The notes under the pieces: generated by a model | Told to the model about the DNA's origin: nothing | Databases searched by the model: none | Seen by the model: the letters and a program-made list of their open reading frames with translations, nothing else | Program-made: the position numbers and the translations under genes | Shown: piece by piece, positions 51,761 to 64,000 of the stretch | Position numbering within the stretch: position 1 is the stretch's first letter | Layout of the letters: each line of letters opens with the position of its first letter | Assembly: GCF_004010195.1 (NCBI RefSeq) | Contig: NC_057711.1 | Coordinates: forward strand, 77,474,341-77,538,340 | Direction of reading: 5' to 3' | Length of the DNA: 64,000 bases | Origin: Chiloscyllium plagiosum | Lineage: Eukaryota

Positions 51761-52898
51761 CACAGTCTCACAAACAGGCATTTAGCCTTAAGGTCGGTAG
51801 GTCTCAGACAAGGAGACAGATGTGTTGCTATATGCTACATCAACTTCACACCTGCATTATGTGCCAACATCTTATGTGACAAACACGCTGAATGTGCAGT
51901 AAGCAAGCAGCCATGTTTTAACGTATTAGAAAGGACACCCTCTGAAGTCCACGGAGGCAGTCATCAAGTAAGGGATCCCAGCACAATATATCAAGGGCAG
52001 CGTCCAATAGCAGTCCATGATGTTGACAGCAGTTGGGCATTCGGTAGAAGTTTTTTCAGTCAGGGGTTCTCTGCCTCTGCAGCCCGAGCGCTTCTTGACT
52101 GAAGTTGTCTGGTTCGGTCATTCAAGGGGTCATAGTCAGTTCACCAGATCTGTCCAGAGTGGGGAATGGCTGGGATGGGGGAGCCGTTAGCACAGGGATT
52201 AGGAAATGCAAGCTGGAGCGAATGGGCAGACATTGTGAAGAACGGGGAGTGGGGTGGGGGGGGGGTGTTGGTGGGGTGGGGGAGGTTGGGGAATGTGACT
52301 ATATTTATAAGGGGGGCATGCGGTAAATCATGGATGGGAATGGGGTCATGTAGGAAGGGGGTCCATCTATGGTCAGGAGCACCATAGCATCAAGCAAAGT
52401 GTGGGAGGGGATGGTCAGCATATGATCACACCTGCAATGTTCCCACTAACTTTTTTTCCGCTGTGTCATTTCCAAGATCCATGCACAGCAGTGACTTCCT
52501 TGTGCATTAAGTTATTGCTTCAGAGCAACTGCGTGACTGTGTGGGTGGGTGTTGAGGGGTGGGGTTTGCGGGAGAAGGTTACTAGGCCTCAGAAGGGCTT
52601 TTAGGAAGGGGAGTTGGACGTTTGGACCCTCACCAAAATGTGGAGGCGGAGGCTGGAAACTGCTGCACGAAGAACACTTCTTGTGGCCATTCATTGTGCA
52701 GTGGGAAAGAAAATAGCTGCAGTATTAGGAATAAATATCCTTACCTGTAAGGGAGGGGGCTGCAAGACCCCCCTTTAGAGGGGGAAAGAGCATTTAACAC
52801 AGCCCCCTGCGCTGGACAGGAAACAAAACTCCATGTCCTGCAGCATGCTGTTGTGCAGAGGGACTTAGGAGCGCTCGTACATGAATCACCACTAAGTT

Positions 52899-53495
52899 GA
52901 TTTGCAGAAGAAACAGGTAATCTGGAAGACAAATGGAATATTGGCTTTCATTGCTAGAGGGATTGAATTTAAGATCTAGGAGGTTCAGCTGCAATTGTAC
53001 CAGGAGGTTCACCAGGTTGATTCTGGAGATGAGGAGGTTAATCTGATGAGAGGTTGAGCCGCCTGGGACCGTACTCACTAGAATTTAGAAGAATGAGAGG
53101 GTATCTTCTAGAAACATATACAATTATGAAAGGGACAGATAAGATAGACGCAGGCAAGTTGTTTCTGCTGATGCGTGAGACTAGGCCTAGACCAACTGGC
53201 GTCAAGATTAGGGGGAGTAGATTTAGGACAGAGATGAGGAGGAACTGCTTTTCCCAGAGAGTGGTGATTCTACAGAATTTTCTGCCCAAGGAAGCAACAG
53301 ATGCAGCTTCATTAAATATATTTAAGACACAGTTGGATGGGTTTTTGCATGGTAGGGAAATTAAGGGTTATGGGGATATTGCAAATAGGAAGAGCTGAGA
53401 TAATGGATAAATCAGCTATGATCTTAATGAATGGTGTGACAGGCTCGATGGGCCAAATGGTCTATTCCTACTTCTATTGCTATGATACTATGATA
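52899..53495 (+). mobile_element. CR1 3' fragment
   Basis: ORF 53054-53398 SRLGPYSLEFRRMRG..FSQRVVILQNFLP; (atgatact)n tail. Confidence 0.9.
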
Positions 53496-54299
53496 CTATT
53501 CCCTGATAGCCCTAATGCATTTGCTCCCTGTGTGCTCCAGACAATGCTGATAATTTCAGTCAGGGCTGACGCTTGTGCACACAGAGGCCAGAGAAAGGAT
53601 AGGGATGTGTGAGCACAATGGGTCATAGTGCCCTTGTTCATCTTGCTTTCACATGCTGCAGCAGGCTCTCAACATAGACATCAATATGTAGGTAATCCTG
53701 CATGGACATGATGTTAGACACAGATACATTCAGGGCTAGTCAGATGCAGTGCAAAGCTATTAATATTTATGGTAACAGGAGCATTGTAGTACAGTGCAAT
53801 GTCATTTGTACCACCAATGTGCCCTCGTTCCTTCCCAAGATGTCTCAGTATATTTCCATGTTCTGCAACAAGGTAGGAGGGAGCCTGTTGGCCTTGGACA
53901 TTTGTCTGGGCAGGCTTGTGCCTGGATGCTCCTTGGCTTGACGTTTCGCAGGTTTGAAGGGCCAGGCAGGGTCGAGATGGATGGCCCAGCCAACTCTGGA
54001 GAAAACTGAGATGAACCTTCTGAGGGGCTTAGATATAGCTCCTATTCTGGCTGAATGCTCCTTGGCACTCGCCTGTCTCTGTATGGAAGGGACATGGAGT
54101 GAGTTCAAAGTTCCCTATTTCTTTGTTGCTATGCACTCAGTGATGAGAACCCACTGCTGACACAATGGATTGCATGTGTATGCACCTCCCCAGCAAACTC
54201 AAGTGTGCTGGACCTGGCTCTCCATGGCAACAGCCATGCTATCCATGGAAACAGACAAGTCACGTATTTGAGGCAGCCCTGCTGGGAAACAGATACGTT

Positions 54300-54472
54300 T
54301 TTCATGACAATGGCTTCATAGTCATCATTAGACTCTTAATTCTAGGTTTTTAAAAATTGAATTCAAATTCTGCCAGCTGCTATGGCAGGATTTGAACCCA
54401 GGGCACCAGAAGATTATTTAGGTCTCTGGATGAGTAGTCATGTGATATTACCACTTGGCCATCAACTCCCCT
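54300..54472 (-). mobile_element. tRNA-derived SINE 5' part
   Basis: Minus-strand A-box TGGCCAAGTGG and B-box GGTTCAAATCC; homologous to 12554-12719. Confidence 0.8.
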
Positions 54473-57400
54473 GTAGTGACTTGCATGGAAGCTCTCCATA
54501 GCAGTGGTGAGTTGAAGTCACCACGTACCAATTTTGACTTCCAATTCGAGAATTCTAAGCATCCAGTCCATGACAAGAATTCTCACTGCCTTGTTTGCTT
54601 ACAATGGGTAGTATGATAGAAAGATGTATACAGTATTAATAAGGTCATTAACAAGTAATAATCCCTCTTCATAATAAGCAACTCACCATTGCCTCACAGA
54701 AATCAAGGCTTGACACCCAGAAGTTAGTTAAAAGATGCAGCAAGTTATTCTAGACCTCTAGATAGGTCACACTGGACTTCTGTGATTTTGCGATGTTCAT
54801 GCCATAACACAGATATAAGATTCCACTCCTTGTTTCTGAGATGACTTCTTCCTTATCTCTAAGTCATGCAACTCCTTATGTATTGTAATATTCATTTAGT
54901 TACATCAATACATAATATATTTGCAATGCAGCTCTCTAGTATAGTGTCCAAGTCCCCTTTTTTCACATACTCATTCTTGCCTAGGGTCCTCTCTCTTATT
55001 GATGTCAGAGTTATAGCTTTAGTGATATCATCATGATTTACATGAATCTCAGTGATCCACAGCACCATCCATTGGATGAAGCTGCATGTATCATGCTTTG
55101 AAGTAAACCATCTTGATTGTACAATAAATTTGTTAATATTGTGATTTTTTTTCTTTCTGGTCCACAAACAGAAATGGACAATAGCAATTGAATTGCAAAA
55201 TTTCACCTGATCCTCACAATGTTCCTGCATTAGATGAAGCATTATGTTAAATTTTACTTTAATTTTTTTTGAAAAGCTTCAGCTTTTTTTTCAGTCCTCT
55301 TAGCTGTCAGCCATGATAGATGAAGCTGTCACTGTGGGTCTGGCTAGGTATAATGATGGTACACAATTACGTCTACTTAAAAACTCTATTAACACATACG
55401 TCTTCAATATACTTTGTATTAGCACTACTGCTTGAACAGAACCCAATATAAACATTTGCCATTTCAAATAACAGTAGAATTTATAATAAGTGCTGATTGT
55501 TGACATAATTTATTGTTTTCTTTAGGTTAAAAATTAAATATAACACAATTTAGGTTCCAAGTACAGTGTACATTCTATCTCACCAAGAAAAAGCAAAATA
55601 AAGGAACATATTGTTCTGATTGTGTTGAAACTGCTGAAGCTATTTTTGTTTATTTTGCGAACATGCCCTCAATAATACAGATTATAAACTGAAAGCCATG
55701 GAAAATATTATTCAGTTTTAAAGTATGTCTGGTTGGAGATGAAATAAATGGAGTTTAATATCTTTTACTAGGTGGGGAATGGGCAACTAGCTAATTACAT
55801 TGATAAATGAGTGATTTGTTCAGTCTCAGGAGAAGGTTCTTTCCCAGATTAGCATACACTTGGCATGTGCTCGGCCACTTACTGGAAGTTCCTGATGTTC
55901 TTCTTGTTGGAGTGTTCATCATCAACTCTATGAATTCATAAATAGTTTCTGACACCAGGGACTTACAAGCTTTACCTTCCAAAGGAAGTATCCCCTCAAG
56001 ATTCTCTCGTCTAAAGAAGAAAGTACTGGGATGTGATAAATGATCTGTTTACCGCCTGTCTGACTATGCATTTTGAAAATACAGATTGTCTTTATTTTTA
56101 TAATAGCAGAGGTGAGATTAAAGGTTCTGTTAGAAGCATCAGGGGTCTGAAGCAGATAATATTGGGTCATTACTCCAGTTTTCAAAAGCCATATTTCATC
56201 AACCTTTCACCTCAACACAACTTTTCTGATCATAATTTGACATTTTATTAGCAACGGATCTATTTTTACATTATTTGTGTTGTTTTTATCAATTCTATGA
56301 GCACTTCAAAATGAAATATAACATCAGACAAAGTGGAAGTAATTTTAACTTTGTACCATGGTCTACAATGAGCAAAGGCAAATTTGGCTCCTGTCTTACA
56401 ACTTTCCCAATTTTTATATCTATTGAAATGAATGAAAATAAAAATTGGCAGAGACATGAATGAGCTGTTGACACGCTGTCACCTATTTTGCACAATTGCA
56501 CAGAGTCAACATGATCTGAAGTAAATATGATTAACTCATTAAGGTACTTTTCATTGATTTAATGCTGTAAATGCCTTGAAAAGTCATTCCTTGTTGCTAT
56601 ATAACAAAACATATTGTTTTAAAATACAAATTATGAGGTTTTATGTAATATACATAAGACAGAAAACTTATCATTTATTATTAAAAGTACTGAATATTTC
56701 CTTCATAGATATTTTTTGGACATCTGTTGTAAAGTATTTTCGATACAGGTTATTCTTAGTTCATCAAGGTTTTGCTTTGTTATTGTATAACTATACCCTT
56801 TTTGAGGGAAATTAATCAATTGCAAGTAATTGCTCCATAAGTTACCAAGTACAAAGGAAAAAGTATTCTCAAGCATTATTTCCAGAAATTTGTCTTGTAA
56901 AATAAAAAAAAAGATTTTACATGACTGAAATAAATCATTTAAAATATTTTAAAATAATTTTATTAATCAAATATAAATTAGAGATCTTTAAAATGTATTA
57001 ACAGAGGGAACTATGATAAAATTGAAATGGTCATAATATAGAAAGTATTGAAGATCGTAGATAAACTTTGTTTACTTCGCTGACAGGAACTCGGGGTGAT
57101 TGATCACTATTGCAAAATACTGTATGTTTAAAATGTCCTGCCCATGTTTTTGCTGGAATCACAGTCAGAAAATGTTAAAACAATGTAATGACAAAGACGT
57201 TTTTATTTTCATAAAAACCTGTTAAATATGAATGTGATCATGAATAAAATATGAGGCCATGAACAGATCACAATGTACCACTGAACCCTGAACATATAAT
57301 AGAACTTGCATTTGCTCCTGAGATGTGAATGAAGACTGAATCAAAGATGAGATATTAATCATAATTAGAGTTCGTATGACAGGTCTACGATGACAAATAC

Positions 57401-59799
57401 TACATGCTTCCTAACAACCATAAAAATGGTTCGTCATAATGAACTGCTTAATTCGTTAACTCCCTCATTAGAGAAAAGTCCATCGTGTAAGTTTAATTTA
57501 AGTTTAGTCCCATCTTCATTTGCAAATTTCCCAATTGATAGTAAATATCGTGCTGAAGACTAGATAAATTGTTCAAAGTATAATCACTTGGATATATTCA
57601 TAGATTAATTCCCCAGGCTATACTTCAGTGATGACTTGTCAGCATGCATATCAGTATATTTACCCTTGTGTTTCATGTTCATCACTGCATTTCATTCCTT
57701 TGTAGAAACGGTAGATAGGTTAAGGACTCAATATTATTCATTATCTTTATGTTTTTCCACACAATTGGCCATCATTTCAGTCAGCACATCTAATAATCTT
57801 AAAAATACAATATAGTCTGAATTCTACAAATGCAGTCATAGCTATAAAATTATGCATTTGTTACATATGGACAAATGATCCAAAAATTTGTTCCTTTCTT
57901 TTGTTACTGTTTATGTAACCACGTTGAGTGCATGACCATCAAGTGACAGGCTTTTACTTGGCTATCAATTGTATGGAACGTTTGAGAAAACAGATAGGAA
58001 CTACTGACTGAAAAAGCATTCAAAGAGGTTACACATGCACAGATGGCATGCTTTTACTTCTTAATTTAAATTGCATTTGAAAGTTATAACTGTCTAGATA
58101 AAAGATAATAAATGAATTCGTGATCAGAAAATATCTTACTGTGGCAACCTTCAAGTTCAAACTCAATATCTTACAGTTCTACATGAAGCATTCCTCCACT
58201 ACCTCAACACATGTGAGCCCTGGGTGGGCAGACTTTGGGAAAGATTTTAATTCAGTCAAAGCCAATGTACTTCCAAAGAGTTAAAGTCAGGCCCATCAGA
58301 CCAAAGCAAGGTCCTGCAGTTGCATGACAGGCAGAGGCATGCTTCTTCCAAAATGGTCCAGTGGATAGAAAGATAAAACAGGTCATCCAGCTGATATTTC
58401 ACCTCTCCAAGATAATGGCACTAGGCCATTTGTATTGCAGCTCAAGTTATGCAAAGCAACATACATTAACACAGCATAGACTGAAGATCATGCCTGTTAA
58501 TAGCCAGTTTGTATGGCTTAGTATAACAGTAGTTGATGCCTTTATCTATTGAACTGACGAGAAAACATAATGACAGGTATTTTACTGTCATAGATCATTT
58601 AATGAGACTAACAATGAGATAATATGACTCAAATCATTTAATGCATCAATAATTTCTGCTCATCATATATCAATTTAAGGATGTTCAATTTTCTTGCTTT
58701 TTAGTAAGAGGCTCTTTCAAAATAGTTTATTATCAGTCAATTTAACATTTATATGCTAATTTACAAGGACCAAACTTAGCCCAAAGAACTTCACCATTCT
58801 TTCCCTCACTAAGAAAATTTTACTATTCTACTTTAAGTGATTCTTACATCTTAGGCTTCTGTTATTTACTTGCCATGGGATTAAGTCTAGAGTGATGCTA
58901 CTTTATTTCAATGCAATTAAAGTTTATTTGGAGAAATATTTAAGGTACTGCTTTATTAGTAAACAGGGCACAAAACTTTTTGGTGTGGAATTGCTGTGAT
59001 TTTCCTGAGATTTTAAATTTGTCTCAATGTCAAGAAAGCTTCTAAAGTTTTCATCTGACCAAGTTATGAGGATCTGATTATCCAATCATTTCATTCAAAG
59101 AGATCCAGGATCACATCTTGACCAATGTGATAAACAAATATTAACATGGTTGGAGCTCCAGTTAATACCATTACCAAAAAAGTGCAAATCACAGAGGAGT
59201 TTCAGCAATGAAATCAGTAAATGATATCCAGAGAAAGCACCAAGTCCTGTACTGTTAGCATCAATGGTATCCATTCAGAAAATTTAATACAACAATATTC
59301 TACTATCATTAAGATATAAGGATTAAACCAATAATAAGCTCCACTACTACCTCTCTCGAAACGCAAATGGAAAACTTTGTATTCTGCCTAAGTTTCAAAA
59401 ATTACGAAACTAAAGGAAAATATTTTTAAAGACTTTTGTTGTTTAAGTGGGAATGCCACATTTTCTAAATTCCTTTTCTGCCCTTGATTATTTTGTTCAA
59501 GCTATAAACAATGGACAGAATTCTCCCATTTACAGTTACAGTGAGGATCAACTTGCCAGGCGCTTGGAGCAACTTTTCTCATGCAATCTTTTGCCCTTTA
59601 TCTTATTCAACCAGTCTCTTTAGGCTTTTCCAGTAGAGTACATGACAGCAGCAGTAGACATACTCACCACTGCTGGGACCTTCCGGCACTCACGCAGTTG
59701 GTGCAATATTTAAAGCCCAATTATATGTCACTTCAGATGCTGCAAGCAAGGAACTGCCCTCACACTGTGTGGTGATCATCATTTAGGAAGAGGCCTAAA

Positions 59800-61100
59800 A
59801 ATGGCAATTTAGTTTTCTGCTTTCTGGACTATAGCATTTGGGTGGTAGAAAGGAAGGCTGCTTTATTCCTGCAGACTACCAAAGCTTTATTTGACACAGC
59901 CAACCTGGACACAGATAGTGCTGTGTCTCAGCTTAAACAGCATGCATAGAAGTGCAGCAAGGTCAATGATCTTCTGCAATGCACAAGAGTAATTGCCACC
60001 ACCTCTTTTGCACTATCTCTTATTCACAGGACCATCACTGTAACTCTGCCATTGCACCATGGCTCAAAGTCTAAAACTTTCAATATTGCATGCATCATGT
60101 CCACTCAAATGTTCTCAACCATCTCAGCCACCCAAGCTGCTAACTCTTCTTGCCCTTTACATTTTCTACTTACTCGTGGGGATACTTCACCATCTCCCCT
60201 GCTCCTGTGTCACAATTAAAACTGCTCTTCTATCCACTTCCATCATATTCAATCCCTCCCTTTGTCCCATTGCAGGAAAGGTTGACCAACAACTGAGGTG
60301 AGATGGTCAAGATGAGTAGAGGGGAGGAAGTGGAGAACATAAAGCCCCTCACTCCATTTGAGAAGAAAATACTCCATTTGACAAAAGAGCAGAACCGTTG
60401 ATGTGGGGACAGAGGGAACTCATTGGCAGAGCAACCAAGTAAGCTTCATTATGCAGTGCTGCGGTGGTCACCCATCAATGCCAGTGCTCACTCTTAATCT
60501 ACACAAGGTTTTTTTTCTTCTTACACAAATAATTCCCTCTCTCCTTTTTTTGTTGCAGGCACTAGCAACATTCAGCAAATCTCTACCTCAAAAGAGCAAT
60601 GTAAGAAACCCTCTTCCACCTCTGAGGAGGAAGTCAATGAACTCTCAAAGCAAGCACCATTAAAAGTCTTACCTGCACATTCCACTAGCCCAGACACTTT
60701 CACCTTAGTGGTTATTCAAGCCAAGTTAGACTCAGGATCATCATCTGGTTTACCTATTACTAACATGTTTTTGTAGTTGGTTGAGGAAGAAATACTGCAG
60801 AGTCTTTGATGCTTAGAGGACTGACAGAAACCAGGCAACTGCTTAGCTCCAGGCAGAAGATGATACTAGAGTCTTGGACAATAAGGCTTTCATCAAATGC
60901 TGAGATAGACACAGATGAAGCAGGCAGGTTTGTCAGAAGCAGTCAGTTAGCTGGATCAAAGGATGGAGGAATCCAACAATGTTATCACATCTAGGCTGGA
61001 TTCAACATGTATGCAGCTGACTGCCTTCATGACGAGCTTGACTCCTATGGAGACCCAGGCCAACATAGTGTCTTCCAGATATGCACAAGGGCCTTCACTC
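59800..61100 (+). pseudogene. Harbinger Myb/SANT partner gene fossil (NAIF1/MSANTD-like), intron-containing
   Basis: VVERKAALF..QPTWTQI..KCSKVNDLLQCTR then NIKPLTPFEKKILHL; GT at 59989, AG at 60274-5, GT at 60439, AG at 60557-8; in-frame stops present. Confidence 0.7.
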
Positions 61101-62059
61101 TATCACACTAGCCATAGGTGTTCAGCAATAATGGTAGTGTGAGAGGAGGTATGAGACCTCAACCACATATTAGGTGTCTCTTTCCTCGCAGGGATCTCCA
61201 AAACCCTTTCCCAAAACTCTCCAGAGATGTCAAGTCCCTTCTATCCCCATGAACCTATGGAAGTCCAGATGAGGATAGTAAATGGACAGGCCGATCTCAG
61301 TGGGCCTTGGTCCTCTAGCCCCAAAGTTTCTGCAGACAAATGTCCAAGTCCTCCAAAGCCAACTATGGTGCATGCTCCCTCCAGTCCAGTGCAAAGTTGA
61401 CGGGATATGGGTATTATCTGCTAAGCCAGCATCTTGTGAGTCAGAGTACTCTGTGAGTGATAATTCCACATGCATCTGGAGGGAAAGGTTCATTGTATCT
61501 ATCAGTTTTACAAGATTGCCATTCAAGGCTGGGAGATGAACAATGGGCGCCTCATATGTCTATTTGCTCATAATGCAGAGATTAGTCAATAAAATGTGCC
61601 CAAAACTTTGACTGTCACACACTCAATCTTGTCCTATGGGATACTCAAGTATTTCTGGGCAACCTTTCACCCTCTGTGCACTCTGAGTATTGAAGGGATA
61701 TTGATGAAGGAAGGTCAAAATGTGTTCCCTTAGGATTCATCTCAACCTGTTGTTTGTCATGACAGACTTCACTACACAGCACTCAGATACAATATGCTAT
61801 CTGAAACTATCTATCCTTAGAACCAAGCAATATTAGTTCGCCATCTCTCACACTATTTCTTTTCCTTTAACAATCAATAGGACCTATAACGTGTAATACT
61901 TTAAAGTGGGAGCACCTGAAAATATCAAGCTGCAATCAAAATTAAAATGAGACATACATTCAGCAACACAAATGGTCAAGGACTGTAAAAATAACAATAT
62001 CCAAATCTCCTTCACACTAAGTGAGAGCTGCTTATCAGTTTAAGAAAACAGAATTGTAA

Positions 62060-62525
62060 GGGCCTCCTCCATCACCACATACTAACCACCTGACGCTGGA
62101 GGAAGAATGCCTCATCTTCTGCCTTGGGACCCTCCAACCACATAGCACCAATGTGGATTTCACTAGTTTCCTCATTTCCCCTCCCCACACTTTATCCCAG
62201 TTCCAACCTTCCACTCGGCACCACCCTCATGACCTGTCCTACCTGTCCATTTTCCTTTCCACCTATCCACTCCACCCTCCTCTCTGATCTATCGCCATCA
62301 CCCCCACCTCCACCTACCTATTGCATTCTCAGCTAACTTCCCCCCAGCTCTACACCCCTCCCATTTATCTCTCCATCCCTTCGGCTCACAAGCCTCATTC
62401 CTGATGAGGACTTTTGACTGAAACACCGATTCTTCTGTTCCTTGGATGCTGCCTGACCTTGCTGTACTTTTCCAGCACTACACTCTTGACTCTGATCCCC
62501 CGCATCTGCAGTCCTCACTTTCTCC
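62060..62525 (+). mobile_element. PLE family A 3' fragment (endonuclease end plus pseudo-LTR)
   Basis: Parallels 63150-63592; mutated hammerhead ctgatgaggacttttgactgaaacacc. Confidence 0.9.
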
Positions 62526-62559
62526 ATACTTAACTCATTCTTCCTGGAAATGACTTTCA

Positions 62560-62745
62560 ATTAGTTTTTCTCTGATTTCTCATGCTCAATGAACACAATT
62601 GAGAAAGGAATTTAACAACTGTGACATGGGGTAAATGGCATCAGTAAAATCCTGAGTGCATTGATAGCTCAACAATTGGGAGACACTACATGGGTCCCTC
62701 ATTGCTCCTTGAAATGACCCACTAGCAGGAAAATTCTGGCTGTTT
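62560..62745 (-). pseudogene. Harbinger transposase N-terminal fragment
   Basis: NFPASGSFQGAMRDPCSVSQLLSYQCTQDFTDAI matches the NFxASGSFQ..GDxCGISQ..VTDAL motif. Confidence 0.8.
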
Positions 62746-62757
62746 GGCATTATGCAG

Positions 62758-63592
62758 GACCCCACCATTAAGGATATATTTCCTCCCCACTCCTATCTGT
62801 GTTTTGGAGAGACTATTCCCTCCGCGACTCCTTTGTCAGATCCAGGCCCCCCACCAGCCCACACCCGGCACCTTCCCCAGCCACTTCAAGAAGTGCAAAA
62901 CCTGCTCACATACCGCCCTCCCACCTCCATCCAAAGCCCCAAAGGATTCTTCCACATCCGACAGAAATGTACACATCATCTGCTGTATTCGTTGCACCCA
63001 ATGTGGTCCTTTCTGCGTCGGGGAGACAGGATGCCAACATGCGACTGCTTCAGAGAACATCGTTGGGATACCCACACCCACCAACCCCATCGCCCTGTGG
63101 CTGAATACTTTAATTCCCCCTCCCAATCCACCAAAGACATGCAGGTCCTGGGCCTCCTACATCACCAAACTTAACTACCTGATGCCTGGAGGAAGGATGC
63201 CTCATTTTCCACCTTGGGACCCTGCAAACACATGGGATCAATGTGGATTCCACCAGTTTCCTAATTTCCCCTCCCCCACCTTATCCCAGTCTGAATCTTC
63301 CAACTCAGCACCGTCCTCTTGATCTGTCCATCTTCCTTCCTCCTATCTGCTCCACCCCCCTCTCCAAACTATCAATTTCACCCTTACTTCATCTACTTAT
63401 CACATTCCCAGCGACCTTCACCCCAGCCCCACAATCCTCCCATTTCTCCTGGCCAACAAGCCTCATTCTTGATGAAGGGCTTATGCATGAAATGTCAATT
63501 CTCCAGCTCTGGATGCTGCCTGACCTGCTGTGCTTTTCCAGCACCACATTGTCGACTCTGATCTCTAGTGTCTGCAGTCCTCACTTTCTACT
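62758..63592 (+). mobile_element. Penelope-like element family A, 3' part with decayed GIY-YIG endonuclease and pseudo-LTR
   Basis: CKTC..IICCIRCTQCGPFCVGETG..FREHRWD..PVAEYFNSPSQSTKDMQVLGL; 9-bp TSD attatgcag at 62749-62757 and 63593-63601. Confidence 0.92.
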
Positions 63593-63689
63593 ATTATGCA
63601 GCACATACCATTTTGCTTGTTTCTTCAACAAATTTATTAAAGATACAGCCAACAGGCTGAAATTATGCACAAATTTCCAGTAAAACTCA

Positions 63690-64000
63690 AATATTTACAG
63701 AAATCTCTTGATTGAGGGTGGTGGTTGATGGGAAATTTCCAGCCTGGAGTTCAGTTACTAGTGGTGTACCGCAAAGATCTGTTTTGATCCACTGCTGTTT
63801 GTCATTGTTATAAATGACCTGGTTGAGGGCGTAGGAGGATGGGTTAGTACATTTATGGACGACACTAATGTTGGTACAGTTGTGGATAGTGCTGAAGGTT
63901 GTTGTAGGTTACTGAGAGACATAGATAAGCTGCAGAGCTGGGCTGAGAGGTGGCAAATGGAGTTTAATGCAGTAAAGTGTGAGGTGATTCACTTTGGAAG
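63690..64000 (+). mobile_element. CR1 RT fragment running off the window end
   Basis: SGVPQRSVL..INDL..FMDDTNVG..DIDKLQSWAERWQMEFNAVKCEVIHFG. Confidence 0.92.

Noticed and set aside
53500..54250. Cluster of overlapping short ORFs in a GC-richer tract
   Set aside because: No recognisable domain; probably decayed transposon interior next to the Harbinger fossil
59513..62741. Apparent Harbinger TIR pair gacagaattctcc / ggaaaattctggc
   Set aside because: The right-hand match lies inside the transposase coding motif (QNFPASG) and no TSD is visible
62397..63500. Two direct-orientation hammerheads (about 62400 and 63470) as an active dimer pair
   Set aside because: Both have core mutations (loss of UH; UUGAUGA with broken stem II), and they belong to separate insertions with Harbinger sequence between them

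Overview
Eukaryotic (vertebrate) DNA, most likely a shark. This is inferred from HE1-type V-SINEs, HER1/CR1-type LINEs and Deu-domain SINEs, which I recognised from memory without any database search. I found no intact host protein-coding gene, tRNA/rRNA or CRISPR array; the window reads as intergenic or deep intronic sequence. It is dominated by nested, decayed transposable elements: many CR1-clade LINE fragments (best preserved at 41372-43176), a second CR1/L2-type LINE with a partner tRNA-derived SINE, V-SINEs, a Tigger-like MITE, a Gypsy gag-protease fossil and 3-4 PIF/Harbinger fossils (transposase plus an intron-containing Myb/SANT partner gene). It also holds about 20 Penelope-like element (PLE) pieces from three families, labelled A, B and C here. 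The most striking pattern is that all three PLE families carry a minimal type-I hammerhead ribozyme motif (CUGANGA..GAAA..UH, core intact at 46214-46248 on the minus strand). Their short, often fold-back copies repeatedly begin or invert inside or beside that motif, and several have 9-17 bp target-site duplications (TSDs). TE-free islands (13830-14020, 15380-15900, 36330-36830, 54600-59500) look like conserved non-coding elements, and one contains a candidate 128-nt exon. A 500-N gap lies at 4983-5482. TE boundaries are approximate unless a TSD or TIR is given.
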